Source: Microgenomates group bacterium RBG_16_45_19
GTDB lineage: Bacteria > Patescibacteriota > Microgenomatia > UBA1400 > RBG-16-45-19
Length of the DNA stretch: 64,000 nucleotides
NCBI GenBank assembly: GCA_001803415.1
Contig: MHDC01000045.1
Span: 30,747 to 94,746 of the forward strand
Direction of reading: 5' to 3'
Shown here: positions 16,361-25,482 of the stretch, piece by piece
How the letters are laid out: every line of letters begins with the position of its first letter
How positions within the stretch are numbered: the stretch's first letter is position 1
Position numbers and translations under genes: made by a program
Notes under the pieces: generated by a model
What the model was told of the DNA's origin: nothing
What the model saw: only the letters and a program-made list of their open reading frames with translations
The model's database searches: none

Positions 16361-17020
16361 ATGACCAAAACTAAACCAGTCGTGATTGTTGACCAAGCCA
16401 TGGTACAGGATTCATTACGGTATTTAAGGGATAAAGAGACGCAGATTGAGGTGTTTCGCTTTCATTCGAACCGCATTTGTCAGTGGTTATTTGCCGAAGC
16501 GGTGCGGGACTTACCCATGGAAGCGGTTAAAATCCAGACGCCTTTGAGTCAAGCACAAGCGAAAGTGGTGGCCGGTGACGTGATGATTGTGCCTATCCTC
16601 AGAGCGGGGGTAGCCATGTTAGCCGGAGCCTTGCAGGCTTTACCGTACGCACGGATTGGTTTTGTCGGTTTAAAACGAGATGAAAATACCGCCATTGCCG
16701 AGCAGTACTATTGGAACATTCCCTCAGTGACGAATAAAACGACGATCATTATTACCGATCCGATGCTGGCTACCGGCGGTTCGATCTGGTATGTCTTGGA
16801 TCGGTTGAGGGGAGTGGAAGCGGCTTCAAAAAGAGTGGTATGTGTGGTAGCGGCGCCGGAAGGTTTGGCCAAGGTGCAAGCGGATTTTCCCGAAGTCAAA
16901 ATTGTAACCGCGGCCGTGGATAAACGGTTGAACCGACAAGCTTATATCGTGCCGGGATTGGGGGATTATGGTGATCGCTACTGCGGCACCGACGGCAATC
17001 AAGCGGAAATGAGCGGGTAG
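16361..17020 (+). CDS. upp: Uracil phosphoribosyltransferase
   Basis: ITDPMLATGGS and GLGDYGDRYCGT motifs. The ATG at 16361 lies just after the prs stop; the ORF-track start at 16334 overlaps prs. Confidence 0.9.
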   Translation: MTKTKPVVIVDQAMVQDSLRYLRDKETQIEVFRFHSNRICQWLFAEAVRDLPMEAVKIQTPLSQAQAKVVAGDVMIVPILRAGVAMLAGALQALPYARIGFVGLKRDENTAIAEQYYWNIPSVTNKTTIIITDPMLATGGSIWYVLDRLRGVEAASKRVVCVVAAPEGLAKVQADFPEVKIVTAAVDKRLNRQAYIVPGLGDYGDRYCGTDGNQAEMSG

Positions 17021-17062
17021 AATTGGGTGAATAGAATTGGAAATCTTTAATATTAAGAGGCT

Positions 17063-17416
17063 ATGAGACTTTTTTTTATGCGTGAAATATTGCCGGGATA
17101 TCAATCTTTGCTGAAAAGAGCCTTTGAAGAGTTGTCCAGAGAATATGGACCAGATTGGCGAAAACTCTTGAGACATGAATTTATTGAGGCATATTTGGGG
17201 TATACATTAGAGGAGTTGGCCGACGGGGGTGGATTTCATGAAGTGAGTACAAGATACGGAGGCAAAAATCCAACCAGGGAAGGAGAAATTAAGGCACAAG
17301 CTCAAAATGGAGACTTGTCATTTTTAACAACTGAAAGTTTTAGAAATGGTAAACGCCCGTACCGGCCTCGATTAGGTGGATATCCGTCGGAAGATGGTTG
17401 GGTCAGGAGGAGATGA
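17063..17416 (+). CDS. Hypothetical protein (117 aa)
   Basis: ORF only; no recognisable motif. Confidence 0.35.
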   Translation: MRLFFMREILPGYQSLLKRAFEELSREYGPDWRKLLRHEFIEAYLGYTLEELADGGGFHEVSTRYGGKNPTREGEIKAQAQNGDLSFLTTESFRNGKRPYRPRLGGYPSEDGWVRRR

Positions 17417-17467
17417 TTGGGTTGGCAGGGGTGCAGAAGTTTATTACTATATAAGGATGGAGGTGAC

Positions 17468-18331
17468 ATGATTAATATCGGTCGGGTGAGGTGGCCGGGA
17501 CCAGTGGGGATCGGGGCGGGGATTATTAAAGGCACCGCCGCTTTTTTGGATTACAGCCAAAAGGCTGACAGCCTGGAAATTGGCTCAATTACCAAAGAGG
17601 TTTGCCATGGGAATCAAGGCCAAACCATTTGGCGTTATCCTGACTTGTCGGCTTTACGTCATAACGCCGGTCTGCCCAATCCCGGGGCTAAAGAAATTGT
17701 TAGCGAATTAATGACCGCTCAGTCTCAGGTTAAGATTCCCTGGGGATTAAGTCTGGCGGTGACGCCGGGGATCAGGGAGGCAACCGCGGCCGCCGCGGAG
17801 GTGGGGGAAGCAGCTCGGCGGGTGATTAGCGGCGGTTTAAGGCCGACCTGGATAACTTTTAACGTCAGCTCACCGGATACGATTGATGAGACGGGACAGC
17901 TAATGGCTCCGGCAAGAATCAAGCTTTGTTTACAGGCAATCAAAATAAGTATCGGGACGACGGCAATACCGATCTGGCTTAAAATCGGGCCGCTTAAGGC
18001 AATGGAGTCATTGATGGCGGCGGTGGCAGCCGGTAAGCGGCATGGAGCGGAGGTTATAATCGTCAGCAACGCGGTCCCGGATCAGCACGGTTTAGCCGGC
18101 GGTTGGTGCGGGGAACCGGTGCGGGCGTTCACCCTGGGTTTGATTAGGCAGATAAGGCAGGTAGATCAACAAATACCGATAGTTGCCGTCGGAGGGATTC
18201 TGAACGGAGTTCAGGTGAAAGAGGTAATGCAAGCGGGGGCGCAAGCGGTCCAAGTGGTGACGGCGGTGCTGCTTCGGGGTCACCGGGCGGCCAGGATAAT
18301 TGGTGTGGAGTATTCCCGGTTGGTGAAGTGA
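17468..18331 (+). CDS. Dihydroorotate dehydrogenase-family flavoenzyme (PyrD-like)
   Basis: NAGLPNPG, FNVSSPDT (compare NxSSPNT), KIGP, GGWCGEP, VAVGGI. GGAGGTG RBS before the ATG at 17468. Confidence 0.75.
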   Translation: MINIGRVRWPGPVGIGAGIIKGTAAFLDYSQKADSLEIGSITKEVCHGNQGQTIWRYPDLSALRHNAGLPNPGAKEIVSELMTAQSQVKIPWGLSLAVTPGIREATAAAAEVGEAARRVISGGLRPTWITFNVSSPDTIDETGQLMAPARIKLCLQAIKISIGTTAIPIWLKIGPLKAMESLMAAVAAGKRHGAEVIIVSNAVPDQHGLAGGWCGEPVRAFTLGLIRQIRQVDQQIPIVAVGGILNGVQVKEVMQAGAQAVQVVTAVLLRGHRAARIIGVEYSRLVK

Positions 18332-18464
18332 TTTTAAGGGTTGTTTTGATGTGTAGGGCATGTGTAAAATAGCGGTACAAACTGAGCCGAAGTAATTCAA
18401 CACTCAAGTTTGATCCAAGAAACGACAGCCCGCTGAGCGAGCCGAGACCAAGAATCAATTAGGA

Positions 18465-19529
18465 GTGTTTTTTGGTTTTATGGGATTTAGTCCAGAGGTT
18501 AATAGTGATCAGAGTTTACCTTTGGTAATCGCTTGTACCGGATTTGAGAACCCAAAACGGTTACATACCGAAACCTTGCTTCCGGATAATTTGGTTGCCT
18601 CGGCAAAGCCCAAAATGCCGGAGTGGGTATTTAATGGTTTAGATAGACCGGATTACATCGCTGGTTTAAAGCTGGTCCAGGTAATTAATACTGAAGATAT
18701 TCTTGGAATGTTGAGAGGAGTAATTAGTGCGGAACTGGTTAGAAGAAAGGGGTTGGATCCAAGAAACAAAGCATTAATTAGCGACCTACTGAGAAGTGCC
18801 GATTTCCAGCAAAGTTTAACTACAGTCATCGATCAGGTAATAAATGAAGGTGGCTTTATTCTGACAGCTACCGACATTCAATTTCGGAGCGATCACCCAA
18901 GCTTTACAGTTGAAGATATAAATCAACCTGAGGTTGATACAACAGATAAAGAATTAAGGGACCAGCTGTTTAGGTATATGGTGCGAAATCCATATGGGAG
19001 CAGTGACCAATGTTTGATACCTGGGCAATTAGAAGCTGGACTGGGTGTCTTATGGGTTGGTGTCGAAAAACAAACGGAAAATAAAGGATCCGTGAGTAGG
19101 CCAGATTGGCGAGAAAAGCTCGCGTTAACAGAAATCGAAGGTAAATTGGGGAGGTGGAAGGGACCTTTTTTTTATTATCAAACTATGACTGAAACACAAT
19201 TAGATACTTATATTGAAAGGTTTGGTCAAAGAGCAAGAAGTGCGAATAGTGGTTTGTTGTGGGAGGAGTTAGAAAGCTTGATTCTAATTATAGATGGTTG
19301 TGATCGTGATTCAGAAGGTTTTTTTGAAGGATTAACAAAGATCAGGGAGATTTGCAGTGGGGTTCCTAACCAGTTAGCTAATGTTGTGGCCAGCGTGAGG
19401 AAGGCTCAATATACGAGTACCTTGGATACTCAGTTGACCAAAGCAATGATTGATTTGATAATGACAAAATTAGGCAGGTGTACAGAAGTTAGTGAACGAG
19501 TGGTGTGGCGCCCGTGGTATCCTCAATAA
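18465..19529 (+). CDS. Hypothetical protein (about 350 aa), AT-richer than the flanks
   Basis: Long ORF with protein-like composition and no recognisable motif. Start uncertain (18465 or the ATG at 18480). Confidence 0.5.
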   Translation: MFFGFMGFSPEVNSDQSLPLVIACTGFENPKRLHTETLLPDNLVASAKPKMPEWVFNGLDRPDYIAGLKLVQVINTEDILGMLRGVISAELVRRKGLDPRNKALISDLLRSADFQQSLTTVIDQVINEGGFILTATDIQFRSDHPSFTVEDINQPEVDTTDKELRDQLFRYMVRNPYGSSDQCLIPGQLEAGLGVLWVGVEKQTENKGSVSRPDWREKLALTEIEGKLGRWKGPFFYYQTMTETQLDTYIERFGQRARSANSGLLWEELESLILIIDGCDRDSEGFFEGLTKIREICSGVPNQLANVVASVRKAQYTSTLDTQLTKAMIDLIMTKLGRCTEVSERVVWRPWYPQ

Positions 19530-19603
19530 TATGCGGACATTTGCTATACTACCAGGTATGGAGCGGGGGTGAGGACAGGTGATATAATATACAGAGTATA
19601 TAC

Positions 19604-19669
19604 ATGGAATTAGTTTTTTGGAATGAAAAGAAAAACAAGCAGTTAATTAAATATGAAAAAAACATTTAA
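19604..19669 (+). pseudogene. Truncated BrnT-like toxin remnant (21 codons)
   Basis: MELVFWNEKKNKQLIKYEKNI* resembles the N-terminus of BrnT/DUF497 toxins (F-x-W-D/N-x-x-K-N...). It sits directly upstream of, and overlaps, a BrnA-like antitoxin gene. Confidence 0.4.
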
Positions 19670-19925
19670 ATTAACAACTTATGAAAAGGCCATTGAAGCG
19701 AAGGCTAATCAGGTTAAACCTTACCCTAAAAGCCATAAAATCTATCGTCGATTGCGGGTAGCCGCTATAAATACAACCAAGTCTCAAGCAATTAGTTTAA
19801 GAGTGAATCACCAGACATTAAAACTGATAAAGTCTCGAGCGAGGGCGGTGGGTTTACCCTATCAAACTTTAATAAACTCAGTGTTGTATCGATACGCTAA
19901 GGGTGATTATAAACCGATGCTGTAA
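19653..19925 (+). CDS. BrnA-like (CopG/RHH-type) antitoxin
   Basis: C-terminal ISLRVNHQTLKLIKSRARAVGLPYQTLINSVLYRYAKGD matches the BrnA ribbon-helix-helix pattern. Confidence 0.65.
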   Translation: MKKTFKLTTYEKAIEAKANQVKPYPKSHKIYRRLRVAAINTTKSQAISLRVNHQTLKLIKSRARAVGLPYQTLINSVLYRYAKGDYKPML

Positions 19926-19935
19926 ATTAAATTTT

Positions 19936-21246
19936 ATGGATAAGGTGTTTGAGCTGATTGCCAGAGAGCGGGAGCTGCAGGAAACGACGTTGCGGTTGAT
20001 CCCGAGTGAAAACTACACTTCAAAGGCGGTGCGGGAGGCGGTGGGGTCGATCCTGATGCACAAATACAGCGAGGGTCAAGCGGGGAAGCGCTATTACCAA
20101 GGTAATGAAGTGATGGATGACTTGGAACGATTGTGTCAGGAACGAGCTCTTGCAGCCTTCGGCTTAAAGGGGGAGGAGTGGGGGGTCAACGTTCAAGCTT
20201 TATCCGGTACTCCAGCTAATTTAGCCGTTTATACGGCTCTGTTGGAACCCGGGGATAAAATTTTAGCCATGTATTTACCAGACGGTGGTCACCTGTCCCA
20301 TGGTTGGCAATATAAGGGTAAAAAAGTGACTCTGGTAGCTAAAATCTGGGAGGTGACATTTTATCAGGTGTCGGAAAAGACCCAACGGTTTGATTATGAC
20401 CAAATCGCGAAGTTGGCTGAACAAGTGAAACCCAAGCTAGTCATTTCCGGTGGGACTGCCTACCCTCGGGAGATTGATTACCGGCGGATGGGTCAATTGG
20501 CGCATCAGGCTGGAGCCTATTATTTGGCTGACGTGGCTCACGAGGCGGGCTTGATTGCCGGGGGGGTAAACACTTCACCCTTTCGATTTGCCGACGTGGT
20601 AACGATGACGACCCATAAAACCTTACGGGGACCAAGGGGAGCTTTGATTTTCGCTAAAAAAGAATTAACGGGGGAGATTGACCGGGCTGTCTTTCCGGGG
20701 ATTCAGGGCGGACCGCATAATGAAACCATTGCCGGCATGGCCGTGTGTTTGGCCGAGGCTCAGACAGAGGCATTTAAAGCCTATGCAGCTCAAGTGGTGG
20801 CTAATGCCCAGATTTTGGCCAAGGGTTTGACCACCGCCGGGTATGAGGTCATCTCCGGAGGAACGGACAAACATTTAGTGCTGGTGGATTTAAGACGGCA
20901 AAAACTTTCCGGTTGGGTGGCGGCTTGGGCCTTGGAAGCGGCCGGAATTATCGTTAACCGCAACACGGTACCGCAGGAAACGGCTTCACCGTTTTATCCA
21001 TCGGGGATCCGGTTGGGGACACCAACGGTGACCACCCGAGGGATGGCGAAACCGGAAATGGAATTAATCGGTACTTGGATTAACCAAGTCTTGAAAGTCT
21101 GTCATAAGTGGCAATTACCTGAAGAGAAAATGGCCAGACAGGACTTTGTTAAAGAGTTCAGGCAAGAGGTGAGACAGGAGCCAAGATTAATCGAGATTAA
21201 ACAAGCGGTGGCCGAGTTGTGTCGACAATTCCCATTGAAAGACTAG
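19936..21246 (+). CDS. glyA: Serine hydroxymethyltransferase
   Basis: LIPSENYTS and the PLP-lysine motif TTHKTLRGPRG. Full-length collinearity. The ATG at 19936 is used rather than the ORF-track start at 19903. Confidence 0.95.
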   Translation: MDKVFELIARERELQETTLRLIPSENYTSKAVREAVGSILMHKYSEGQAGKRYYQGNEVMDDLERLCQERALAAFGLKGEEWGVNVQALSGTPANLAVYTALLEPGDKILAMYLPDGGHLSHGWQYKGKKVTLVAKIWEVTFYQVSEKTQRFDYDQIAKLAEQVKPKLVISGGTAYPREIDYRRMGQLAHQAGAYYLADVAHEAGLIAGGVNTSPFRFADVVTMTTHKTLRGPRGALIFAKKELTGEIDRAVFPGIQGGPHNETIAGMAVCLAEAQTEAFKAYAAQVVANAQILAKGLTTAGYEVISGGTDKHLVLVDLRRQKLSGWVAAWALEAAGIIVNRNTVPQETASPFYPSGIRLGTPTVTTRGMAKPEMELIGTWINQVLKVCHKWQLPEEKMARQDFVKEFRQEVRQEPRLIEIKQAVAELCRQFPLKD

Positions 21247-21272
21247 TAGATGAAGGTATACTTAGGTCCTAA

Positions 21273-22310
21273 ATGAACCGAGATTTTATTCGCCCGGACG
21301 GAGTGCCGTTTTGGCAGTTTTTGAAAAATAAAAAGATTAGCTATAGTAAAGCTGATTTTCCTTTTTTGACAGCAACGACGATACCGGCGGTGAAACCGGT
21401 ATTTGATTTTTATGAATTTATGACTTTGGAATCCCGGGGTGAGGCCTTGGCTTACCTCTATAAAGGTATGGGACGGTCTTTGAATTACGTGGGGCCGGTG
21501 TTGGATACCGAATTACCGCACGGTTTTAATGACCACACTGACCGCCATACCTTATGGGTGAGTGAGCGGGTAATGGAGTTATTACAGCGGGCAGGGACAG
21601 CTTATGACGGCCGGGATTATTACACCGGCGAGACCGAAGTGTTAGCGACGCTGGTAGGGATGCTCCACGATGTGGGCAATCTTTTGGGACGGGAGGAGCA
21701 TTCGGGGGCGTCGATGTGGTTGTTGGATCGGTTATTCATGCAGCGCCAGCGTCAGCGTCAAGCCTGGCAAGCAGTCAAGTACGCCATCGAGTACCATGAA
21801 GAACCAACCTTAAAAAGGCATCAGCTAGCTCTGAAAGAGGGTATCCCACTGCAGTGGGCCTTAGTTTTGGCCGATAAGATGCACGTGGGGCGGGATCGAA
21901 TCGGAGGCCGGAGTTTTAAGGATGGAATTAAAAAACGGGCTTTTGATGACCTTCATATTTTATTAGAATGTTTGATTGTCCGGTCAACTTGGTGTATTGC
22001 CGCCGGTAAATTCGTTTGGTTTTTGGATTTTTCGGTGGATACTTTACAAGATAAGTTTGAAGCCTTTACCAAAGGGCGAGGGCGGATTTGGGTGCCGCCA
22101 AAGATTCAAACCCGTTTTATTAATCAAGGGACTAAATATCGGGAGACTTTTCGGGAGATGTTTTTGGCCACTTACGGACCTAGAGTCCGGATGGCAGCCG
22201 AAGCCGCGGGACTGTTGTTTCCCTTTCTGCAAGGATTCGAGGTCAGATTGTCGGATACCGACACCAGGGGAAAAGTGGGCAATGGGGAATTAGTAGTGTG
22301 GCAGAATTAA
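21273..22310 (+). CDS. HD-domain phosphohydrolase family protein
   Basis: H...HD...H...D pattern: DRHTLWV, MLHDVGN, EYHEE, LADKMH. Confidence 0.75.
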   Translation: MNRDFIRPDGVPFWQFLKNKKISYSKADFPFLTATTIPAVKPVFDFYEFMTLESRGEALAYLYKGMGRSLNYVGPVLDTELPHGFNDHTDRHTLWVSERVMELLQRAGTAYDGRDYYTGETEVLATLVGMLHDVGNLLGREEHSGASMWLLDRLFMQRQRQRQAWQAVKYAIEYHEEPTLKRHQLALKEGIPLQWALVLADKMHVGRDRIGGRSFKDGIKKRAFDDLHILLECLIVRSTWCIAAGKFVWFLDFSVDTLQDKFEAFTKGRGRIWVPPKIQTRFINQGTKYRETFREMFLATYGPRVRMAAEAAGLLFPFLQGFEVRLSDTDTRGKVGNGELVVWQN

Positions 22311-23647
22311 TTAGTATCATTGCCCAAAAAATGTTTGGCTTGTGGGAATTTGTTGATGATAAGTTTAATGCCGTAATGTGAATTAATCCAGTCAAGGGCT
22401 GACTGGAAACTTTCTTGATAATTGGTGAAATGCCTGAAATTTGGTCGACTACCTGGGTAAAAATAAGTGTTATCCTCGGATGTCTTTGCAAAAGCGCTCA
22501 GTAATTGGGCTAATTCTGGGTAGAGATCTTGGGCTAAGGCCATTATTTGAGAATGAATCTCGAGTAGCAGTCTGTATGAGTGCTGAGGTGGATTGCCGGA
22601 GGATGCCTCTCTTAGTAGTCGACTAACTGTTTCAGATTCATAATTAATATTTGGCCAATTTAATAAAGGCATATAGGATTCTGGGAGGCACGGCATCTTC
22701 GGTATTGCATTGATAATCTTCCGAATTGGCGCGTATGTGTTTTGCTGACCTGATTTTTGAGTGCCCCAGATACAATCGGTGAAAAAGCGGATACTAGCGT
22801 CTGAGGTACCCAAGTTATTAATCATAAACTCTGGATTTAAAAGACTTAAGTCAGAAACGACTGCACGCGCACTGGACTCAAGTCTAACCAGATTTATGAT
22901 ACTGTTTATTATAGGTTTTAGATAGTGTATATCGTCTGCTGGGGCGAAAATTAACCATGGTTTTTGACGTATAGGTGAGTGTCTGATAAAGATTGTGATC
23001 GGTTTTTCTCTATGATCGTTTTCTCTGGCTGAATATTCTGATTTGATGATTTGTATGGTTAAACCATCTGGTGCGTAAATTAGTCGACCGATACTTAAGT
23101 CTGGTAAATCTTGGGGAAAGATTTTCAAAACTAGTTCTGGATGTTTTTGATGGTATTGGGTGATGTTCATTATATTGTCATCTTGATTCGGGTCTAACTC
23201 GCCGATGTAGTACTGCCAAGATAAATCATCCAAGGAATTAATTCCAAGTCTACGTGGCCCGAGAAATAGGTGGGCATGTTCCCTTGGATGTTCTCGGTCT
23301 ATGGGGGCGTTCGGGTCAGCGAAATCAGTACGAATTATAGTACCGATCCAGATTTTCTTTCGACCACGGCTTATTATTGCTCCAATTACATTCTCAATAG
23401 ATTCATAGTCGGTAGCTGGAATAATCCAAGTCTCCTGATCACCTATATTGAGTTCCTGTAATAGAAAATGGGCTAGGGTTTTCTGAGGCGTGAAAGGTAT
23501 TTTAAGAGATTCATAGAATTGGCAAAGTCTATCCCTTGCCCTTGCTAGGTAGGTGGTGCGATCTTCGTTGCCGGTCAGTGGTTCGATAGGATGAAAAGCT
23601 TCTTGACTTTCAACGCATGGTTCAAGCATGAGATTTTCGTGACTCAT
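22307..23647 (-). CDS. Hypothetical protein (about 446 aa), AT-rich ORFan
   Basis: Long uninterrupted ORF with no recognisable motif. The Met at 23647 is preferred because the ORF-track start at 23707 leaves only 5 bp to the divergent folD. Confidence 0.6.
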   Translation of the reverse strand: MSHENLMLEPCVESQEAFHPIEPLTGNEDRTTYLARARDRLCQFYESLKIPFTPQKTLAHFLLQELNIGDQETWIIPATDYESIENVIGAIISRGRKKIWIGTIIRTDFADPNAPIDREHPREHAHLFLGPRRLGINSLDDLSWQYYIGELDPNQDDNIMNITQYHQKHPELVLKIFPQDLPDLSIGRLIYAPDGLTIQIIKSEYSARENDHREKPITIFIRHSPIRQKPWLIFAPADDIHYLKPIINSIINLVRLESSARAVVSDLSLLNPEFMINNLGTSDASIRFFTDCIWGTQKSGQQNTYAPIRKIINAIPKMPCLPESYMPLLNWPNINYESETVSRLLREASSGNPPQHSYRLLLEIHSQIMALAQDLYPELAQLLSAFAKTSEDNTYFYPGSRPNFRHFTNYQESFQSALDWINSHYGIKLIINKFPQAKHFLGNDTN

Positions 23648-23712
23648 AAGGTTGGTTTGACTGAATTTAGCACAAATTTTGTAGAAGTAAAATACTGCTA
23701 CAATCAAACTAT

Positions 23713-24609
23713 ATGGCTGTGATTATCTTTGATGGGCGGGGGGAGGCGAGGAAACGAGAGCAGGTACTGAAGCACCGGGTTGATAGTTTGGGACGAGCGC
23801 CGCGGTTGATGAGTCTGGTGTTCCATGAGGATCAAGGAGGCCAATTATACACCAGACTAAAGATGGAGGCAGCGCTTAGAGTGGGGATAGAGTTTGATCG
23901 GGAAGAATTTTCCCTGAATGATCCGGTGGAACAGTTGGTACCAGAAGTGCAGTCTTTAAGTCAGCGCCCAGATGTTCACGGCTTATTGATTCAGAAGCCG
24001 ACTAAAGCGGTCTGGAAACAGGTAACCGGAACGCACCGACATGGGGAGTTTGGCTGGTGGTGGCAACAACTGACCAGTGCTTTGGCGCCGGCCAAGGATG
24101 TTGATTGTCTGGCCAAAGCCAATTTAGATTTAGTTTATGGAGGGAACTGGCGGATCGTGCCGGCGACGGTGAAATCGATTTTAAGCATTTTGGAAATAGC
24201 CCTGAATCTATCCAATCATGAATTGACCAATAATAATGAATTAAAGCTGAAACAAGCATTGACCGGGACGAAAACGGTGGTGATCGGAAGAAGTGAGATT
24301 ATCGGGCGGCCGCTAGCGGCAGTGATGACCCAAGCAGGAGCGGTAGTGAGTCTGGTCGGATCGCAAACCGAAGACTTGGGTCAGCATACGGCTTCGGCTA
24401 AAATCGTGATCTCGGCGACGGGGGTACCTAAATTAATTAAGGAAGATTTAATTAGACCAGGAGCGGTGGTGATTGATGTGGGGTCACCGGCAGGGGATGT
24501 GGATTTTGAAGCGGTCAAGGACGAAGTGGCTTTTATCACTCCGGTTCCGGGTGGCGTCGGACCCATGACAGTGGTGTCGCTGTTGGAGAATTTGGTGGAG
24601 ATGATATAA
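23713..24609 (+). CDS. folD: Bifunctional methylenetetrahydrofolate dehydrogenase/cyclohydrolase
   Basis: VVIGRSEIIGRPLA (NADP-binding loop), TPVPGGVGPMTV, KDVDCL. Confidence 0.9.
   Translation: MAVIIFDGRGEARKREQVLKHRVDSLGRAPRLMSLVFHEDQGGQLYTRLKMEAALRVGIEFDREEFSLNDPVEQLVPEVQSLSQRPDVHGLLIQKPTKAVWKQVTGTHRHGEFGWWWQQLTSALAPAKDVDCLAKANLDLVYGGNWRIVPATVKSILSILEIALNLSNHELTNNNELKLKQALTGTKTVVIGRSEIIGRPLAAVMTQAGAVVSLVGSQTEDLGQHTASAKIVISATGVPKLIKEDLIRPGAVVIDVGSPAGDVDFEAVKDEVAFITPVPGGVGPMTVVSLLENLVEMI
24565..24602 (+). repeat. Direct repeat copy 1 (folD 3' end)
   Basis: ATGACAGTGGTGTCGCTGTTGGAGAATTTGGTGGAGAT is identical to 25155-25192. Confidence 0.95.
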
Positions 24610-24631
24610 TATATTTTGTTATTATTTAAGA

Positions 24632-24913
24632 ATGCTTCTTATGACGACCATTACGGTATCTTTACCAGATGATCTTGCCTCCCAGGTGGATGTAGTGTCT
24701 GATCGGCAGGGTTTTGCAACCAGATCGGAATTTATTCGCCATTTATTGAGAGGGTATTTGAAGGAAGAGTTGGGATTAGTTGAATTCAAAAAGTTGCCTT
24801 TGGGTGAAATTAAAAAGGGATTGGAGGCTACGGGGAAGTATAATAATAAATTTATTGACGGAGTAATAAAAGGTTTAAGGCAATCCTCCGTATATGAAGC
24901 TAAAGCCACTTAG
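24632..24913 (+). CDS. Ribbon-helix-helix (CopG/ParD-like) antitoxin
   Basis: TITVSLPDDLASQVD...RSEFIRHLLRGYL RHH pattern. Overlaps the downstream toxin gene. Confidence 0.8.
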   Translation: MLLMTTITVSLPDDLASQVDVVSDRQGFATRSEFIRHLLRGYLKEELGLVEFKKLPLGEIKKGLEATGKYNNKFIDGVIKGLRQSSVYEAKAT

Positions 24914-25139
24914 GGATAACTTGCACAGATATCTAGTCAAAAGAGGTTTGACAACGAAGTACAACAAGCAGGTTCAATTGTTTGAGGAGAATTGGCGACA
25001 CCGATCATTGAAAACTGAAATGCTTGAGCCAAAGGAGTTTAAAGTGTATTCATTTCGAATTGACAGAAAATATCGGGCCATTTTCATTATTCGGAAAGAT
25101 GAAGTGGAAGTAGTTGAGATTACCGATCATTATCAATAA
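24894..25139 (+). CDS. RelE/ParE-superfamily toxin
   Basis: 81 aa. C-terminal KYRAIFIIRKDEVEVVEITDHY is typical of the RelE/ParE fold. Paired with an RHH antitoxin. Confidence 0.7.
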   Translation: MKLKPLRDNLHRYLVKRGLTTKYNKQVQLFEENWRHRSLKTEMLEPKEFKVYSFRIDRKYRAIFIIRKDEVEVVEITDHYQ

Positions 25140-25154
25140 GAAGGGTATGGGCCA

Positions 25155-25192
25155 ATGACAGTGGTGTCGCTGTTGGAGAATTTGGTGGAGAT
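25155..25192 (+). repeat. Direct repeat copy 2 (displaced folD tail)
   Basis: A perfect 38-bp copy of 24565-24602 that still reads GPMTVVSLLENLVEIV* in frame. Confidence 0.95.
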
Positions 25193-25230
25193 AGTTTAAA
25201 TTGTATTTTAACTATTTTGTGATATAAATA

Positions 25231-25482
25231 ATGTATATGCAACAAATAGTTTCGATTACTGATCAAGGACAATTGACGATTCCCAAGCAAATATTGGGCC
25301 ATTTTGGGATAAAAAGACGAGTAAAAGCGATTATTGAACTTCAGGATAAGACGATTATTGTCAGACCCAAGCGGGATTTTTGGGATTTGGGTGGGGCATT
25401 GACCGGAAAGATTAGATTAACCGACAAACAGTTAAAGCAGGCAAGAGTGAAGTTTACTCAGGATTGGGCCGATAAGGTATGA
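25231..25482 (+). CDS. AbrB/SpoVT-type antitoxin (VapB-like)
   Basis: ITDQGQLTIPKQILGHFGIK swapped-hairpin motif. 4-bp overlap with the PIN gene. Confidence 0.75.
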   Translation: MYMQQIVSITDQGQLTIPKQILGHFGIKRRVKAIIELQDKTIIVRPKRDFWDLGGALTGKIRLTDKQLKQARVKFTQDWADKV

